Below are positions 20,475-28,973 of a stretch of 32,000 nt of DNA, in pieces. The position numbers and the translations under genes were made by a program. Position 1 is the first letter of the stretch. Each line of letters opens with the position of its first letter. Location of the stretch: the NCBI RefSeq assembly GCF_000091665.1, contig NC_000909.1:1339460-1371459 (forward strand). Direction: 5' to 3'. A model generated the notes under the pieces. It was not told where the DNA came from. It ran no database searches and worked only from the letters and a program-made list of their open reading frames with translations. This stretch comes from Methanocaldococcus jannaschii DSM 2661 (lineage in GTDB: Archaea; AGJL01; Methanococci; Methanococcales; Methanocaldococcaceae).

Positions 20475-20678
20475 CTACGTTACATTGCTTAAGGATTTTT
20501 CAGCAACATTGGAACTTTGATTTATAACATCCATATTTGCATTTCTTGTTTCGATAGCTGTCTTTATCAAATAGTATGAAACAATTATTGCTGAGAGAAC
20601 AACAACCATAACTAACAAAGAAAATTCTAAAGAAATTTGTCCTTTATTGGATTTTATAAATTTCATTATAAATTTCAT
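20475..20678 (-). CDS. Small type IV pilin-like protein with class III (QxSxExxxL) signal peptide
   Basis: Reverse complement: ATG at 20678..20676, stop TAG at 20477..20475; MKFIMKFIKSNKGQISLEFSLLVMVVVLSAIIVSYY contains QISLEFSLL. RBS gggga upstream. The supplied track's '+' label is incorrect. Confidence 0.85.
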   Translation of the reverse strand: MKFIMKFIKSNKGQISLEFSLLVMVVVLSAIIVSYYLIKTAIETRNANMDVINQSSNVAEKSLSNVT

Positions 20679-20710
20679 AATATCCCCAAAAAAGTTTTAC
20701 TAAATTTACT

Positions 20711-20749
20711 AATAAGTTATTATAAAGTTATAATTATTTATAACTTATT
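20711..20749. promoter_or_regulatory. Perfect 10-bp inverted repeat AATAAGTTAT-N19-ATAACTTATT in a divergent intergenic region
   Basis: Left arm 20711-20720, right arm 20740-20749, between the pilin-like and helicase genes. Confidence 0.4.
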
Positions 20750-20794
20750 TTATTCATAGCTTTATTTGAATGTTTATTTGAACGGTGATTTATA

Positions 20795-23221
20795 ATGCTT
20801 ATTGTTAGGAAGCCAAAAAAGAAAAAAGATGAGATAGAAATTGTTAAAGTAGGTGGAAAAATAGAAGATGGGATAGAAGTTAAAAATAATCAGAAGATAT
20901 TTGCAAATTACAAAAAAGTTGGAGATAAATACAAATTATACAGATGTAGAGTAGGAGATAAGTTAATTCAGCCGTCTAAGGTTTTGGAGTTGTTAAAATC
21001 TGACAAAATATTTATATTAAAAGAAAATGAGGAAGAAATAGAAGAAGTTTTAAAATCATACAATTTAAAGTTTGATTATATAGAACTCTGCCCATTCTGT
21101 TTATTAAAAAATATCTACAAAAGATTGACAAGAAATAATAGATGTAGATATGGAAATTTAGAAATATGTATAAACTGCGGGATTAATGAAATCAAAGAGG
21201 AAGTAAAAATTAGCGAAGAATTTATAGAGAAATTTTTAAAGAGATTTAAAGATGTTGATAAAGTTCTATCTTTGTTGAGAATAAGAAATCCATTGGATAA
21301 GCCGGAATTAACAAGATATGATATTATAACAGGTAGTGAAGAAGATAAGATTGAAAATTATAAGATAGATGAGTTAGATATTCCAGAAGAACTTAAAGAG
21401 ATAATAAAGAGTAGGGGGATTGAAGAGCTTTTGCCTGTTCAAACACTATCCGTTAAAGCTGGTTTGTTAAACGGAGATGATTTATTAATTATTTCAGCAA
21501 CTTCATCTGGAAAAACTTTAATTGGTGAGTTAGCAGGAATTAAAAATTTAATTAAAACTGGAAAAAAGTTTCTATTTTTAGTTCCTTTAGTTGCCTTAGC
21601 AAATCAAAAATACTTAGAATTTAAAGAAAGATATGAAAAATTAGGTTTTAAAGTTAGTTTAAGAGTTGGATTAGGTAGGATTGGAAAGAAAGTTGATGTT
21701 GAGACATCGTTAGATGCTGATATTATCGTTGGGACTTACGAAGGAATTGATTATTTAATTAGAACTAAAAGATTAAAAGATATTGGAACAGTGGTTATTG
21801 ATGAAATCCACTCTTTGAATTTAGAGGAGAGAGGAGCAAGATTGGATGGTTTAATTGGTAGGCTGAGGTTTTTATTTAAAGAGGCACAAAAAATATATTT
21901 ATCAGCAACAATTGGAAATCCAAAGGAATTGGCTAAACAACTAAATGCCAAATTAGTTTTATATAATGGAAGGCCAGTTCCTTTAGAGAGACATATAATT
22001 TTCTGCAAAAATGACTTTGCCAAACTAAATATTATCAAAGAAATTGTTAAAAGAGAATGGCAGAACATTTCAAAATTTGGATATAGAGGGCAGTGCTTAA
22101 TATTTACTTACTCAAGAAAGAGAGCAGAGTATTTAGCTAAAGCTTTAAAATCTAAAGGAATTAAAGCAGAGTTCTATCATGGAGGTATGGAATATATAAA
22201 AAGAAGGAAAGTTGAAGATGATTTCGCAAATCAAAAAATTCAGTGCGTTGTTACAACTGCCGCTTTATCTGCAGGGGTTGATTTTCCAGCATCAACTGTT
22301 ATCTTAGAGAGTTTAGCTATGGGGGCTGATTGGTTAAATCCTGCTGAATTCCAGCAAATGTGTGGGAGGGCTGGAAGAAAGGGGATGCATGAAATTGGGA
22401 AGGTCTATCTTTTGGTGGAAATAGGGAAGAAATATCATGCAAAGATGGAAAATACTGAGGATGAAGTGGCATTTAAATTATTAAACGCAGTTCCTGAAGA
22501 TGTTAAAGTTGAATATAATGAGGATGAGGAGGAAGAGCAGATATTAGCTACAATCTCAGCTGGAATAACTAACAGATACGATATAGATAGAGTTCCTTAT
22601 ATTGGAAGGGCATTTTCTTTGAACAAAATTTTGAGTAATTTAGAGAGTTATGGAATGATAAAAGCTAATAATGATGTGAAATTAACAAATTATGGAAGTG
22701 CAGTTGCTATTTCATTTTTATATCCAAAGGTTGCTGAAAAAATTAAAGAGGGGATTATTGAGAATAAAGAGATTATAAAACTAATTACTGAAATTATGCC
22801 CTTTGAAAACGTCTATTTATCAAACAATTTAAAAATAAAGCTTTCAAAAATTTTGAATATAAATGTTCCTTCAAGGTTTTTTGATGCTTTGGAAGTTATT
22901 AGGGAGGGGATGGAAAAAATTAAGGATAAGAAGTTAAAGGAGGATTTAACTTTAATTATTATGGAATTTGAGGGAGTTGAAGTTGAAGAAAAAATTTTAG
23001 AGATGATTATTAATCTAAGGATTTCTGGAAAAACTCCTGGACAGATATCAAAGACATTATATGAAGAGTTTAAAATACAAACGTACTCTGGAGATATTTA
23101 CTATTACTTAGAGCAGTTATTAAATCTTTTAGACGCTACAGAGAGAATAGCGAGGATATTTAACAAGAGATATGCCGAGAAAGTTAAAGAACTAAAAGAG
23201 AAAATTGAAAATCCAAAATAG
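20795..23221 (+). CDS. Ski2-type superfamily 2 helicase with N-terminal zinc-finger-like extension
   Basis: 808 aa; SATSSGKT, DEIH, SATIGNPKELA, CLIFTYSRKRAEYLA, QMCGRAGRKG motifs; CPFC...CINC in the N-terminal extension. Confidence 0.9.
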   Translation: MLIVRKPKKKKDEIEIVKVGGKIEDGIEVKNNQKIFANYKKVGDKYKLYRCRVGDKLIQPSKVLELLKSDKIFILKENEEEIEEVLKSYNLKFDYIELCPFCLLKNIYKRLTRNNRCRYGNLEICINCGINEIKEEVKISEEFIEKFLKRFKDVDKVLSLLRIRNPLDKPELTRYDIITGSEEDKIENYKIDELDIPEELKEIIKSRGIEELLPVQTLSVKAGLLNGDDLLIISATSSGKTLIGELAGIKNLIKTGKKFLFLVPLVALANQKYLEFKERYEKLGFKVSLRVGLGRIGKKVDVETSLDADIIVGTYEGIDYLIRTKRLKDIGTVVIDEIHSLNLEERGARLDGLIGRLRFLFKEAQKIYLSATIGNPKELAKQLNAKLVLYNGRPVPLERHIIFCKNDFAKLNIIKEIVKREWQNISKFGYRGQCLIFTYSRKRAEYLAKALKSKGIKAEFYHGGMEYIKRRKVEDDFANQKIQCVVTTAALSAGVDFPASTVILESLAMGADWLNPAEFQQMCGRAGRKGMHEIGKVYLLVEIGKKYHAKMENTEDEVAFKLLNAVPEDVKVEYNEDEEEEQILATISAGITNRYDIDRVPYIGRAFSLNKILSNLESYGMIKANNDVKLTNYGSAVAISFLYPKVAEKIKEGIIENKEIIKLITEIMPFENVYLSNNLKIKLSKILNINVPSRFFDALEVIREGMEKIKDKKLKEDLTLIIMEFEGVEVEEKILEMIINLRISGKTPGQISKTLYEEFKIQTYSGDIYYYLEQLLNLLDATERIARIFNKRYAEKVKELKEKIENPK

Positions 23222-23311
23222 ATAATATTTGGATACATGATTTTATAATAACACATATAAAAATTTTTTATTTTTTAATAAAAATGTTTATTTAGCTTTT
23301 ATTTTTGATTT

Positions 23312-23671
23312 AGAGGTTGTTAAATCAGCGATTTCACCCAATTATAGAACATTATGAAGCTTTTTACTCAACTAACAACCGTATCGAATTTACCATTACT
23401 TGGAAATCTATTTAAAACCTCTTTAATCTTATGATAATAAATTCTAATCGATTCGTGACTTATATCTTCGAATTTGGAGGGGGATAAACCACTTTCCTCA
23501 ATGATAATCCGAGGTAGTATAAAAGCCCTGCTAAGATTTTAACCTCTATCGATTCCTATTCCTTTTAAAAAGCTTCCTCTCTACGATTCTCTCCTTTATA
23601 ACTTCTATCATGAGCCTCATATTTTATTATTTTTTATCAATATTTAATAAAAACTTAACTTGACAATCTCT
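23312..23671. mobile_element. Degenerate insertion sequence remnant
   Basis: Imperfect terminal inverted repeats agaggttgttaaat (23312-) and, on the opposite strand, agagattgtcaagt (from 23671), flanking a frameshifted transposase-like coding relic. Confidence 0.6.
23368..23620 (-). pseudogene. Decayed transposase fragment
   Basis: Minus strand with two frame changes: [24 protein letters not shown] / [24 protein letters not shown] / [35 protein letters not shown]. Pattern resembles the N-terminal region of archaeal DDE transposases. Confidence 0.6.
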
Positions 23672-23852
23672 TCTATCACCTTTAGAAAAAGTAATATAAT
23701 TTTAAGGTTGTTTTGAAATTCTAATTATTTTTTAATCCAAAAAGAAATATTTTATTGCATATATTTTATTACATATTAGCAGTTAAAGGTTATTTTATAT
23801 TTAAATCTTTAAAACTATTTAGATAAAAAAAAGAAAGAAAAAAGGTGAGAAT

Positions 23853-24893
23853 TTATAACCTATCTTTTAATACAATATTGACATCAACTTGTTTATATAC
23901 TCCTTGGTCGGAAACAACTTTTACAGGGATTTTAACAGTTGTTTCTCCACTTGGCTCTTCTTGGAAACCCATACTTGAACCAAAGAAGAAGAATATTTCT
24001 TTTGAAACTTTTTCTCCTTTATGTAATGTTCCAACATCCCATTCTGAAGTATAGAACTTAGCATCGATTGGTGTTTTGTATTTGTAAAATGCTTGAGCAG
24101 TGTTCCATCCAATGAATTTTGTAGCTGTTAATGTATTTGTCCAGCTTGAATATGAACCATTAACCGCACATGCATACCACATATTGTTGAATCCTCCTGC
24201 ATACAACCTCATACTTTGGACATCATTTTGTGAATATGGCCATTTCTTAGCAGTTGTAACTGATAAATCTTTACTACCATCTACTGCTGCAACTCCAGTA
24301 ACTGAGTTTGGAGCTAATATGTAGTATACACTTGTATAGTTGTTTCCATCATCTCCAGTCCATGTAGCATCTGGGTATATTCCAGTTCTATTTAATATAC
24401 CTTTAAATGGAGTCCCATCATTTGTGCATAATAAATATGCATCATAGTTTTGTCCGTTGTAGTTTAATGTAATCTTTTTGAGTGTTAAACCAGCAACTTC
24501 TGTGGCTCCGTCACTTTCTATTTTTACATTTGTTAATGTCGAATCATAGTAGTTTTCTAAAGTTAATGGAACTGGAACGATTAATCTTTCATCATATGAG
24601 CCATAATCTGTTGTAGTCAAGTGAGAGAGTTTGTAATCTGGAGTAGGATATGTTAAATCCAAATCTCCTTCAACATCAATTTCTTTTGGAACTCCAACAC
24701 CTATGGCTCCTGCAGCGTAGGTTATTGTGGATGTTGTTCCTTCTAATGCTGACTGAGTACTTTGCTGGCTGTTATTAAATAATCCACTTCCCCATGCGTA
24801 GAATACTGCTCCTACGACTATTGTAACTCCTAACACGATTAATAAGGCTAAGATTGGAGAGATTGCTTTTTTGTTCTTCATCCATTCAAACAT
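23853..24893 (-). CDS. Archaeal type IV pilin-like surface protein (DUF1628/Pilin_N type)
   Basis: 346 aa; MFEWMKNKKAISPILALLIVLGVTIVVGAVFYAWGSGLF N-terminus; RBS gaggtga. Confidence 0.85.
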   Translation of the reverse strand: MFEWMKNKKAISPILALLIVLGVTIVVGAVFYAWGSGLFNNSQQSTQSALEGTTSTITYAAGAIGVGVPKEIDVEGDLDLTYPTPDYKLSHLTTTDYGSYDERLIVPVPLTLENYYDSTLTNVKIESDGATEVAGLTLKKITLNYNGQNYDAYLLCTNDGTPFKGILNRTGIYPDATWTGDDGNNYTSVYYILAPNSVTGVAAVDGSKDLSVTTAKKWPYSQNDVQSMRLYAGGFNNMWYACAVNGSYSSWTNTLTATKFIGWNTAQAFYKYKTPIDAKFYTSEWDVGTLHKGEKVSKEIFFFFGSSMGFQEEPSGETTVKIPVKVVSDQGVYKQVDVNIVLKDRL

Positions 24894-24900
24894 ATTACAT

Positions 24901-24944
24901 CACCTCGTTCTTTCCTCGGGTATCCTATTACAGGAGACCGTCAT
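24901..24944 (-). promoter_or_regulatory. Conserved 5' leader of the pilin gene at 24893
   Basis: ATGACGGTCTCCTGTAATAGGATACCCGAGGAAAGAACGAGGTG; TATA-like aatatataaa on the minus strand at 24961-24970. Confidence 0.55.
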
Positions 24945-25205
24945 TGGAATTAAATATTACTTTATATATTATTAAACTTTCTTTAATGTAGGTGGTTATG
25001 TATATACGAATTTCGTCTATATAAAATTTTCTATATAATTCATAAAGAAAATTTTAAATATGAAAATTTAACTAACAGTATGATTTTTATATGAAAAAAT
25101 ATTTATTTTTCATAAATTTTATTTTTTTCAGAATTTGAAAAGAGATTTTTATATTAAATTTGAATTTATGGATGTATATAAATAAAAAAGAAAAAATTAG
25201 AAAAT

Positions 25206-26279
25206 CTACTCATCATCATAGACCGTAAATTTAACTTTAACTTCTTTAGTTACTCCTTCGTTAGATACAACTTTTAACGGAACTTCAAATGTCACATATC
25301 CATCATTTGTAGATCCTTTGTAGTTTGGCAAGTATAATGTATTGAAGAATAAGTAGGTTTTTACAGTTTTTTCTGAGTTCTTTGGTAATGTTCCTACAAC
25401 ATATTCTGGGTTGTTGAATAGTTTATCTAAGTATGTTGCAGAACTGCAGAACCATTGTGCAACCAATGTTCCACTTCCAAATCCTGGTTTTAATTCTTCT
25501 CCAGTAGCTGTGTATAACTTAACATTACTACAGTATGTTCCATAATATGGCCATGAAGTCTCTACAAGTGGAGCTACTCCAGTTGTTGTATTAACTGCAT
25601 CCCAGCTGGAGTCTGATGTTGCACCAACTGAAGAAGCCAATTTTCCATAGGTGTCTCTTGTCTGATTCCATGCAATTACATACCCATTACTAACTTCAAA
25701 CATTCCTGATTTATTTACGTATCCAACGAACAATGTTCCATCTTTCTTCAACAATTGATAGTTGTCATTTAGGTGTAACCAGAATGCATAGAACTTTGCA
25801 GATATATCTTCAAAGGCATTTGTGTAAGTTCCACCCATATCAACTATTTTTGGGATTCCTCCTACAACTTTAACTCCAGTTAATTTATAATCTTGTGTGT
25901 CAATAGTTACTGGAATTTCCACAATAAATCTTTCGTCATAGAATACTGTGCCGTATGTTGAATTATAACATCCATTTGAAGTAGATGGCTTTGCAATTTT
26001 TCCGTTACCATTTGGATAGCCTAACCATGAATCACTATCATCAGCATCTTGGTATCTTATTTTGTCAATACATGTTGCTGCAACCCTAATTGCCCCAGCA
26101 TCATAAAACATATTTGTTGCAGTCCCTTCAACTGCTGCCTGTGTCTTTTCTTGGCTGTTTCCGAATAAATTACTTCCCCATGCGTAGAATACTGCTCCTA
26201 CGACTATTGTAACTCCTAACACGATTAATAAGGCTAAGATTGGAGAGATTGCTTTTTTATTCTTTAACCAGTCCATCAT
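25206..26279 (-). CDS. Archaeal type IV pilin-like surface protein (DUF1628/Pilin_N type), paralogue of 23853..24893
   Basis: ORF track starts at 26330; MMDWLKNKKAISPILALLIVLGVTIVVGAVFYAWGSNLF at 26279 after RBS gaggtgg is the likely start. Confidence 0.85.
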   Translation of the reverse strand: MMDWLKNKKAISPILALLIVLGVTIVVGAVFYAWGSNLFGNSQEKTQAAVEGTATNMFYDAGAIRVAATCIDKIRYQDADDSDSWLGYPNGNGKIAKPSTSNGCYNSTYGTVFYDERFIVEIPVTIDTQDYKLTGVKVVGGIPKIVDMGGTYTNAFEDISAKFYAFWLHLNDNYQLLKKDGTLFVGYVNKSGMFEVSNGYVIAWNQTRDTYGKLASSVGATSDSSWDAVNTTTGVAPLVETSWPYYGTYCSNVKLYTATGEELKPGFGSGTLVAQWFCSSATYLDKLFNNPEYVVGTLPKNSEKTVKTYLFFNTLYLPNYKGSTNDGYVTFEVPLKVVSNEGVTKEVKVKFTVYDDE

Positions 26280-26283
26280 CTTC

Positions 26284-26330
26284 CCACCTCTACTACTTCC
26301 CTCAAGTATCCCACCATGGGAGACCGTCAT
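26284..26330 (-). promoter_or_regulatory. Conserved 5' leader of the pilin gene at 26279
   Basis: ATGACGGTCTCCCATGGTGGGATACTTGAGGGAAGTAGTAGAGGTGG; TATA-like aatatataaa on the minus strand at 26344-26353. Confidence 0.55.
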
Positions 26331-26646
26331 CGGGAGTAATAATTTTATATATTTTTTATTAATTTGTGTAGGTTATTATGTATATTATATTACTTATGCA
26401 GTATATCATGCCAAAATAATATATAAATCTTACGATTTTTTAAAAAATATTATTACTCAAATATTAATTTTTAAACAAATAATGATAAAAGATATTTTAA
26501 AATATTTTAAAGTTTTCTTTAATATTGTTAGGAAAATAGAGCCAAATTAAACATTCACATTTCTTAATACGTAACTGCTGTTAAACTTTAAATATTAAAT
26601 GTGATATAATATCAATCATCAAAATTTCTGTTAAAAGGTGAGATTA

Positions 26647-27903
26647 ATGTTAAACGAACCAGTAAAAGAGATAATGACAAAAGATGTAGTTACAGTAACA
26701 CCTGATACACCTGTCTCAAAGGCATTAGGAATTATGGAAGAGAACGGATTTCATCATTTAATAGTTGTTGATAAAAAAGACGGTAAGGAAGAATATTACT
26801 TAATAAGCATGAGAGATTTGTTGTTGGCATCATCAACAGATGAAGAAGTTAGGTCGTTAATGTATAAAGCACACTGCGTACATGAAGATACTCCATTTTT
26901 GGATGCTGTATGTGAGATGTTGGATAGTGGGCAGAGAGCAGCTCCAATAGTTAATAATGTAGGAAAAATGGTAGGAATTATAACTGACTATGATATAATG
27001 GCAAGAGCTGCAAAATCAAAAATAATGAAAGATACAAAGGTTACAAAGATAATGACAAGGAATGTTATTACAATAAACGAAAATGACTCAATTGGTAAAG
27101 CGAGAGCTTTGATGAGAGACAATAACATCGGTAGATTGGTTGTTGTAGATGATGAAGGAAACCCAGTTGGAATGGTTACTGAAGTCGATATATTAAAAAA
27201 GGTCTTTAAACCTAAGAAAAAGATGACTGCTGGAGAATTTAAAGGAGAAAAAGTTCCAAGAATGGGACAGCCAGTTAGATTAATTATGAACACTCCATTA
27301 ATAACAGTCGATGTTGATGCAAGTGCTGCAGATGCTGCAAGAGTTATGCAAGAATATGATATTAGAGGAGTCCCAGTTGTTAAAGGAAAATCATTGAGGG
27401 GAATTGTCACAAGATTGGATATTATTAAATATATTGCTGATTTAAAGAAAGGGGCAATGATTGAAATTGAATTACACGGTATGTTAGACCCAGAATTTAA
27501 AGACCTTGCTGAAAGAATTATTGCAACAGAAGTTAAAAAGATGGTTAAACATGCAGGAAAGATTCATTGGATAAAAATAACAATCAAAAAAGAGAGAGAT
27601 AAAGGAGGAGTTCCTTATTATAGAATAACAACTTATGTTAAGACACCAAATAAATTATATGTTGGGGAGGGTAGGCCAAAAGCATCATTACCAAACAAAT
27701 TAGAGGCTGAAGGTGAAGATATAGCTTATGTTTCAGAACATGAAAGATGGGAGTTTATTGATGTTTTAAAAGAGTCATTAGAATCAGTATTGAGGCAGTT
27801 AGAAGCTGATTATGATAAATATCATCCAAAACATGCTGGTAAAGTAGTTAAAGGACAGTTCCCTGAAGAATTTAATCCAGAAGAGTTTAAGAAAGAGGAA
27901 TAA
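26647..27903 (+). CDS. Multi-CBS-domain protein with C-terminal HPF/S30AE-like domain
   Basis: ORF 26638..27903; ATG 26647 after aaggtgag. Repeated CBS motifs ([22 protein letters not shown]; [21 protein letters not shown]; [21 protein letters not shown]); tail [28 protein letters not shown]. Confidence 0.85.
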   Translation: MLNEPVKEIMTKDVVTVTPDTPVSKALGIMEENGFHHLIVVDKKDGKEEYYLISMRDLLLASSTDEEVRSLMYKAHCVHEDTPFLDAVCEMLDSGQRAAPIVNNVGKMVGIITDYDIMARAAKSKIMKDTKVTKIMTRNVITINENDSIGKARALMRDNNIGRLVVVDDEGNPVGMVTEVDILKKVFKPKKKMTAGEFKGEKVPRMGQPVRLIMNTPLITVDVDASAADAARVMQEYDIRGVPVVKGKSLRGIVTRLDIIKYIADLKKGAMIEIELHGMLDPEFKDLAERIIATEVKKMVKHAGKIHWIKITIKKERDKGGVPYYRITTYVKTPNKLYVGEGRPKASLPNKLEAEGEDIAYVSEHERWEFIDVLKESLESVLRQLEADYDKYHPKHAGKVVKGQFPEEFNPEEFKKEE

Positions 27904-27962
27904 TTCCTTTTAATTTTAATAATATATTTTTTATTATTTTATTATTATTTTTGGTGAAGTTT

Positions 27963-28260
27963 ATGCCTACAACTTATGAAATTATTATTTACGGTAGAAT
28001 CCAGCATGTTGGATTTAGAGAAAGGATTGAAAACTTGGGACATGCCTTAGGAATTGATGGAATTGTGTATAACTATGAAGATGGGACTGTTCGAATTTTG
28101 GCAAATTTTCCAAGTGAAAGAAAAAAGAAATTATTCAAGGATAAAACTAATTTTTGGAGAGTTAGAAAATGTAAATAAAAAATTAGAGGTATTGAATGAG
28201 ATAAAAGAAACACAAATAAAAATGCTAAAAATATTAGAGAAAATTGAACAAAAGCTTTAA
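27963..28260 (+). pseudogene. Acylphosphatase-like gene, apparently truncated/frameshifted
   Basis: ORF 27951..28178 (ATG 27963, [49 protein letters not shown]) ends in atypical [10 protein letters not shown]; an overlapping frame continues [39 protein letters not shown] to 28260. Confidence 0.55.
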
Positions 28261-28276
28261 ATTTTAAGTGATTCCT

Positions 28277-28717
28277 ATGGAGGAGTTAAAAGTTAAAAAA
28301 ATTACAAATGGGACTGTAATTGACCATATAGATGCTGGAAAGGCATTAATGGTTTTTAAGGTTTTAAATGTCCCAAAAGAGACATCTGTGATGATAGCCA
28401 TTAATGTCCCATCAAAAAAGAAAGGAAAGAAAGATATTTTAAAAATTGAAGGAATTGAATTAAAAAAGGAGGATGTTGATAAAATATCTTTAATTTCTCC
28501 AGATGTAACTATCAACATCATTAGAAACGGAAAAGTTGTTGAAAAACTTAAACCACAAATTCCAGATGAGATAGAAGGGACATTAAAATGCACAAATCCA
28601 AATTGCATAACAAATAAAGAAAAAGTTAGAGGAAAATTTAAAATAGAAAGTAAAAACCCATTAAAAATTAGATGCTATTATTGTGAGAAGTTTTTAAATG
28701 AAGTAATTTTTGAATGA
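28277..28717 (+). CDS. pyrI: Aspartate carbamoyltransferase regulatory chain
   Basis: LKVKKITNGTVIDHIDAGKALMVFKVL N-terminus; CTNPNC...CYYC zinc-binding motif. ORF opens at 28268 (GTG); ATG at 28277 is likely. Confidence 0.93.
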   Translation: MEELKVKKITNGTVIDHIDAGKALMVFKVLNVPKETSVMIAINVPSKKKGKKDILKIEGIELKKEDVDKISLISPDVTINIIRNGKVVEKLKPQIPDEIEGTLKCTNPNCITNKEKVRGKFKIESKNPLKIRCYYCEKFLNEVIFE

Positions 28718-28733
28718 ATAATTTAAAAGTGGT

Positions 28734-28766
28734 ATTATGGAATTAAAAGGAAGAAGTATTTCAAAG
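28734..28766 (+). repeat. Direct repeat copy 1 (partial duplicate of the DUF126 gene start)
   Basis: attatggaattaaaaggaagaagtatttcaaag; 30/33 identical to 28941-28973. Confidence 0.85.
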
Positions 28767-28918
28767 CATAGAGGCAAAGCCTCTATTGCTATACTCCAGA
28801 GCGGGGTTGCCAGAGGCAACCCCACTTTCTATCTGGGGAGTATCCCAATAGAGGGGCAAAGCCCTTCTATAGTGAGGATACCTCTTAACACTCCCCTTGC
28901 TAACGCTCGGAGGTGTAA
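28766..28918. other. GC-rich multi-hairpin element (candidate palindromic/MITE-like element or structured RNA)
   Basis: Stems: GC-ATAGAGGC/GCCTCTAT-t-GC (28766-28789); ATACTCC/GGAGTAT (28791-28843) enclosing GGGGTTGCC-aga-GGCAACCCC (28803-28823); ATAGAGGGGC-aaa-GCCCTTCTAT (28848-28870); GAGG/CCTC (28874-28884); ACAC-TCC...GGA-g-GTGT (28888-28916). G+C is 34/60 in 28801-28860. Confidence 0.6.
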
Positions 28919-28940
28919 ATTTTCTTATGATTGAGGGATT

Positions 28941-28973
28941 ATTATGGAACTAAAAGGAAGAAGTATATCAAAA
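28941..28973 (+). repeat. Direct repeat copy 2 (start of the intact DUF126 gene)
   Basis: attatggaactaaaaggaagaagtatatcaaaa; offset 207 bp from copy 1. Confidence 0.85.

Noticed and set aside
24901-26330. Leader hairpin as a known riboswitch (fluoride, c-di-GMP)
   Set aside because: Compared with remembered consensus motifs there is no convincing match and the element is very short; kept only as an unassigned shared leader.
25206-26330. Pilin start at 26330 as given by the ORF track
   Set aside because: The true start is more likely 26279, directly after gaggtgg and giving the same KNKKAISPILALL N-terminus as the paralogue; the upstream portion coincides with the shared leader.
26988-27410. 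140-aa minus-strand ORF in the CBS gene
   Set aside because: Antisense shadow of a conserved CBS-domain coding sequence.
28766-28918. tRNA or other standard RNA in the GC-rich island
   Set aside because: No acceptor/T-arm signature (no GGTTCRAATC-like box) and the hairpin arrangement does not form a cloverleaf; left as an unassigned element.
28737-28934. 65-aa ORF MELKGRSISKHRGKASIAILQSGVARG... as a genuine protein
   Set aside because: Its first residues are a duplicate of the DUF126 gene start and the rest is a string of perfect palindromes; it is better explained as readthrough into an inserted or structured element.
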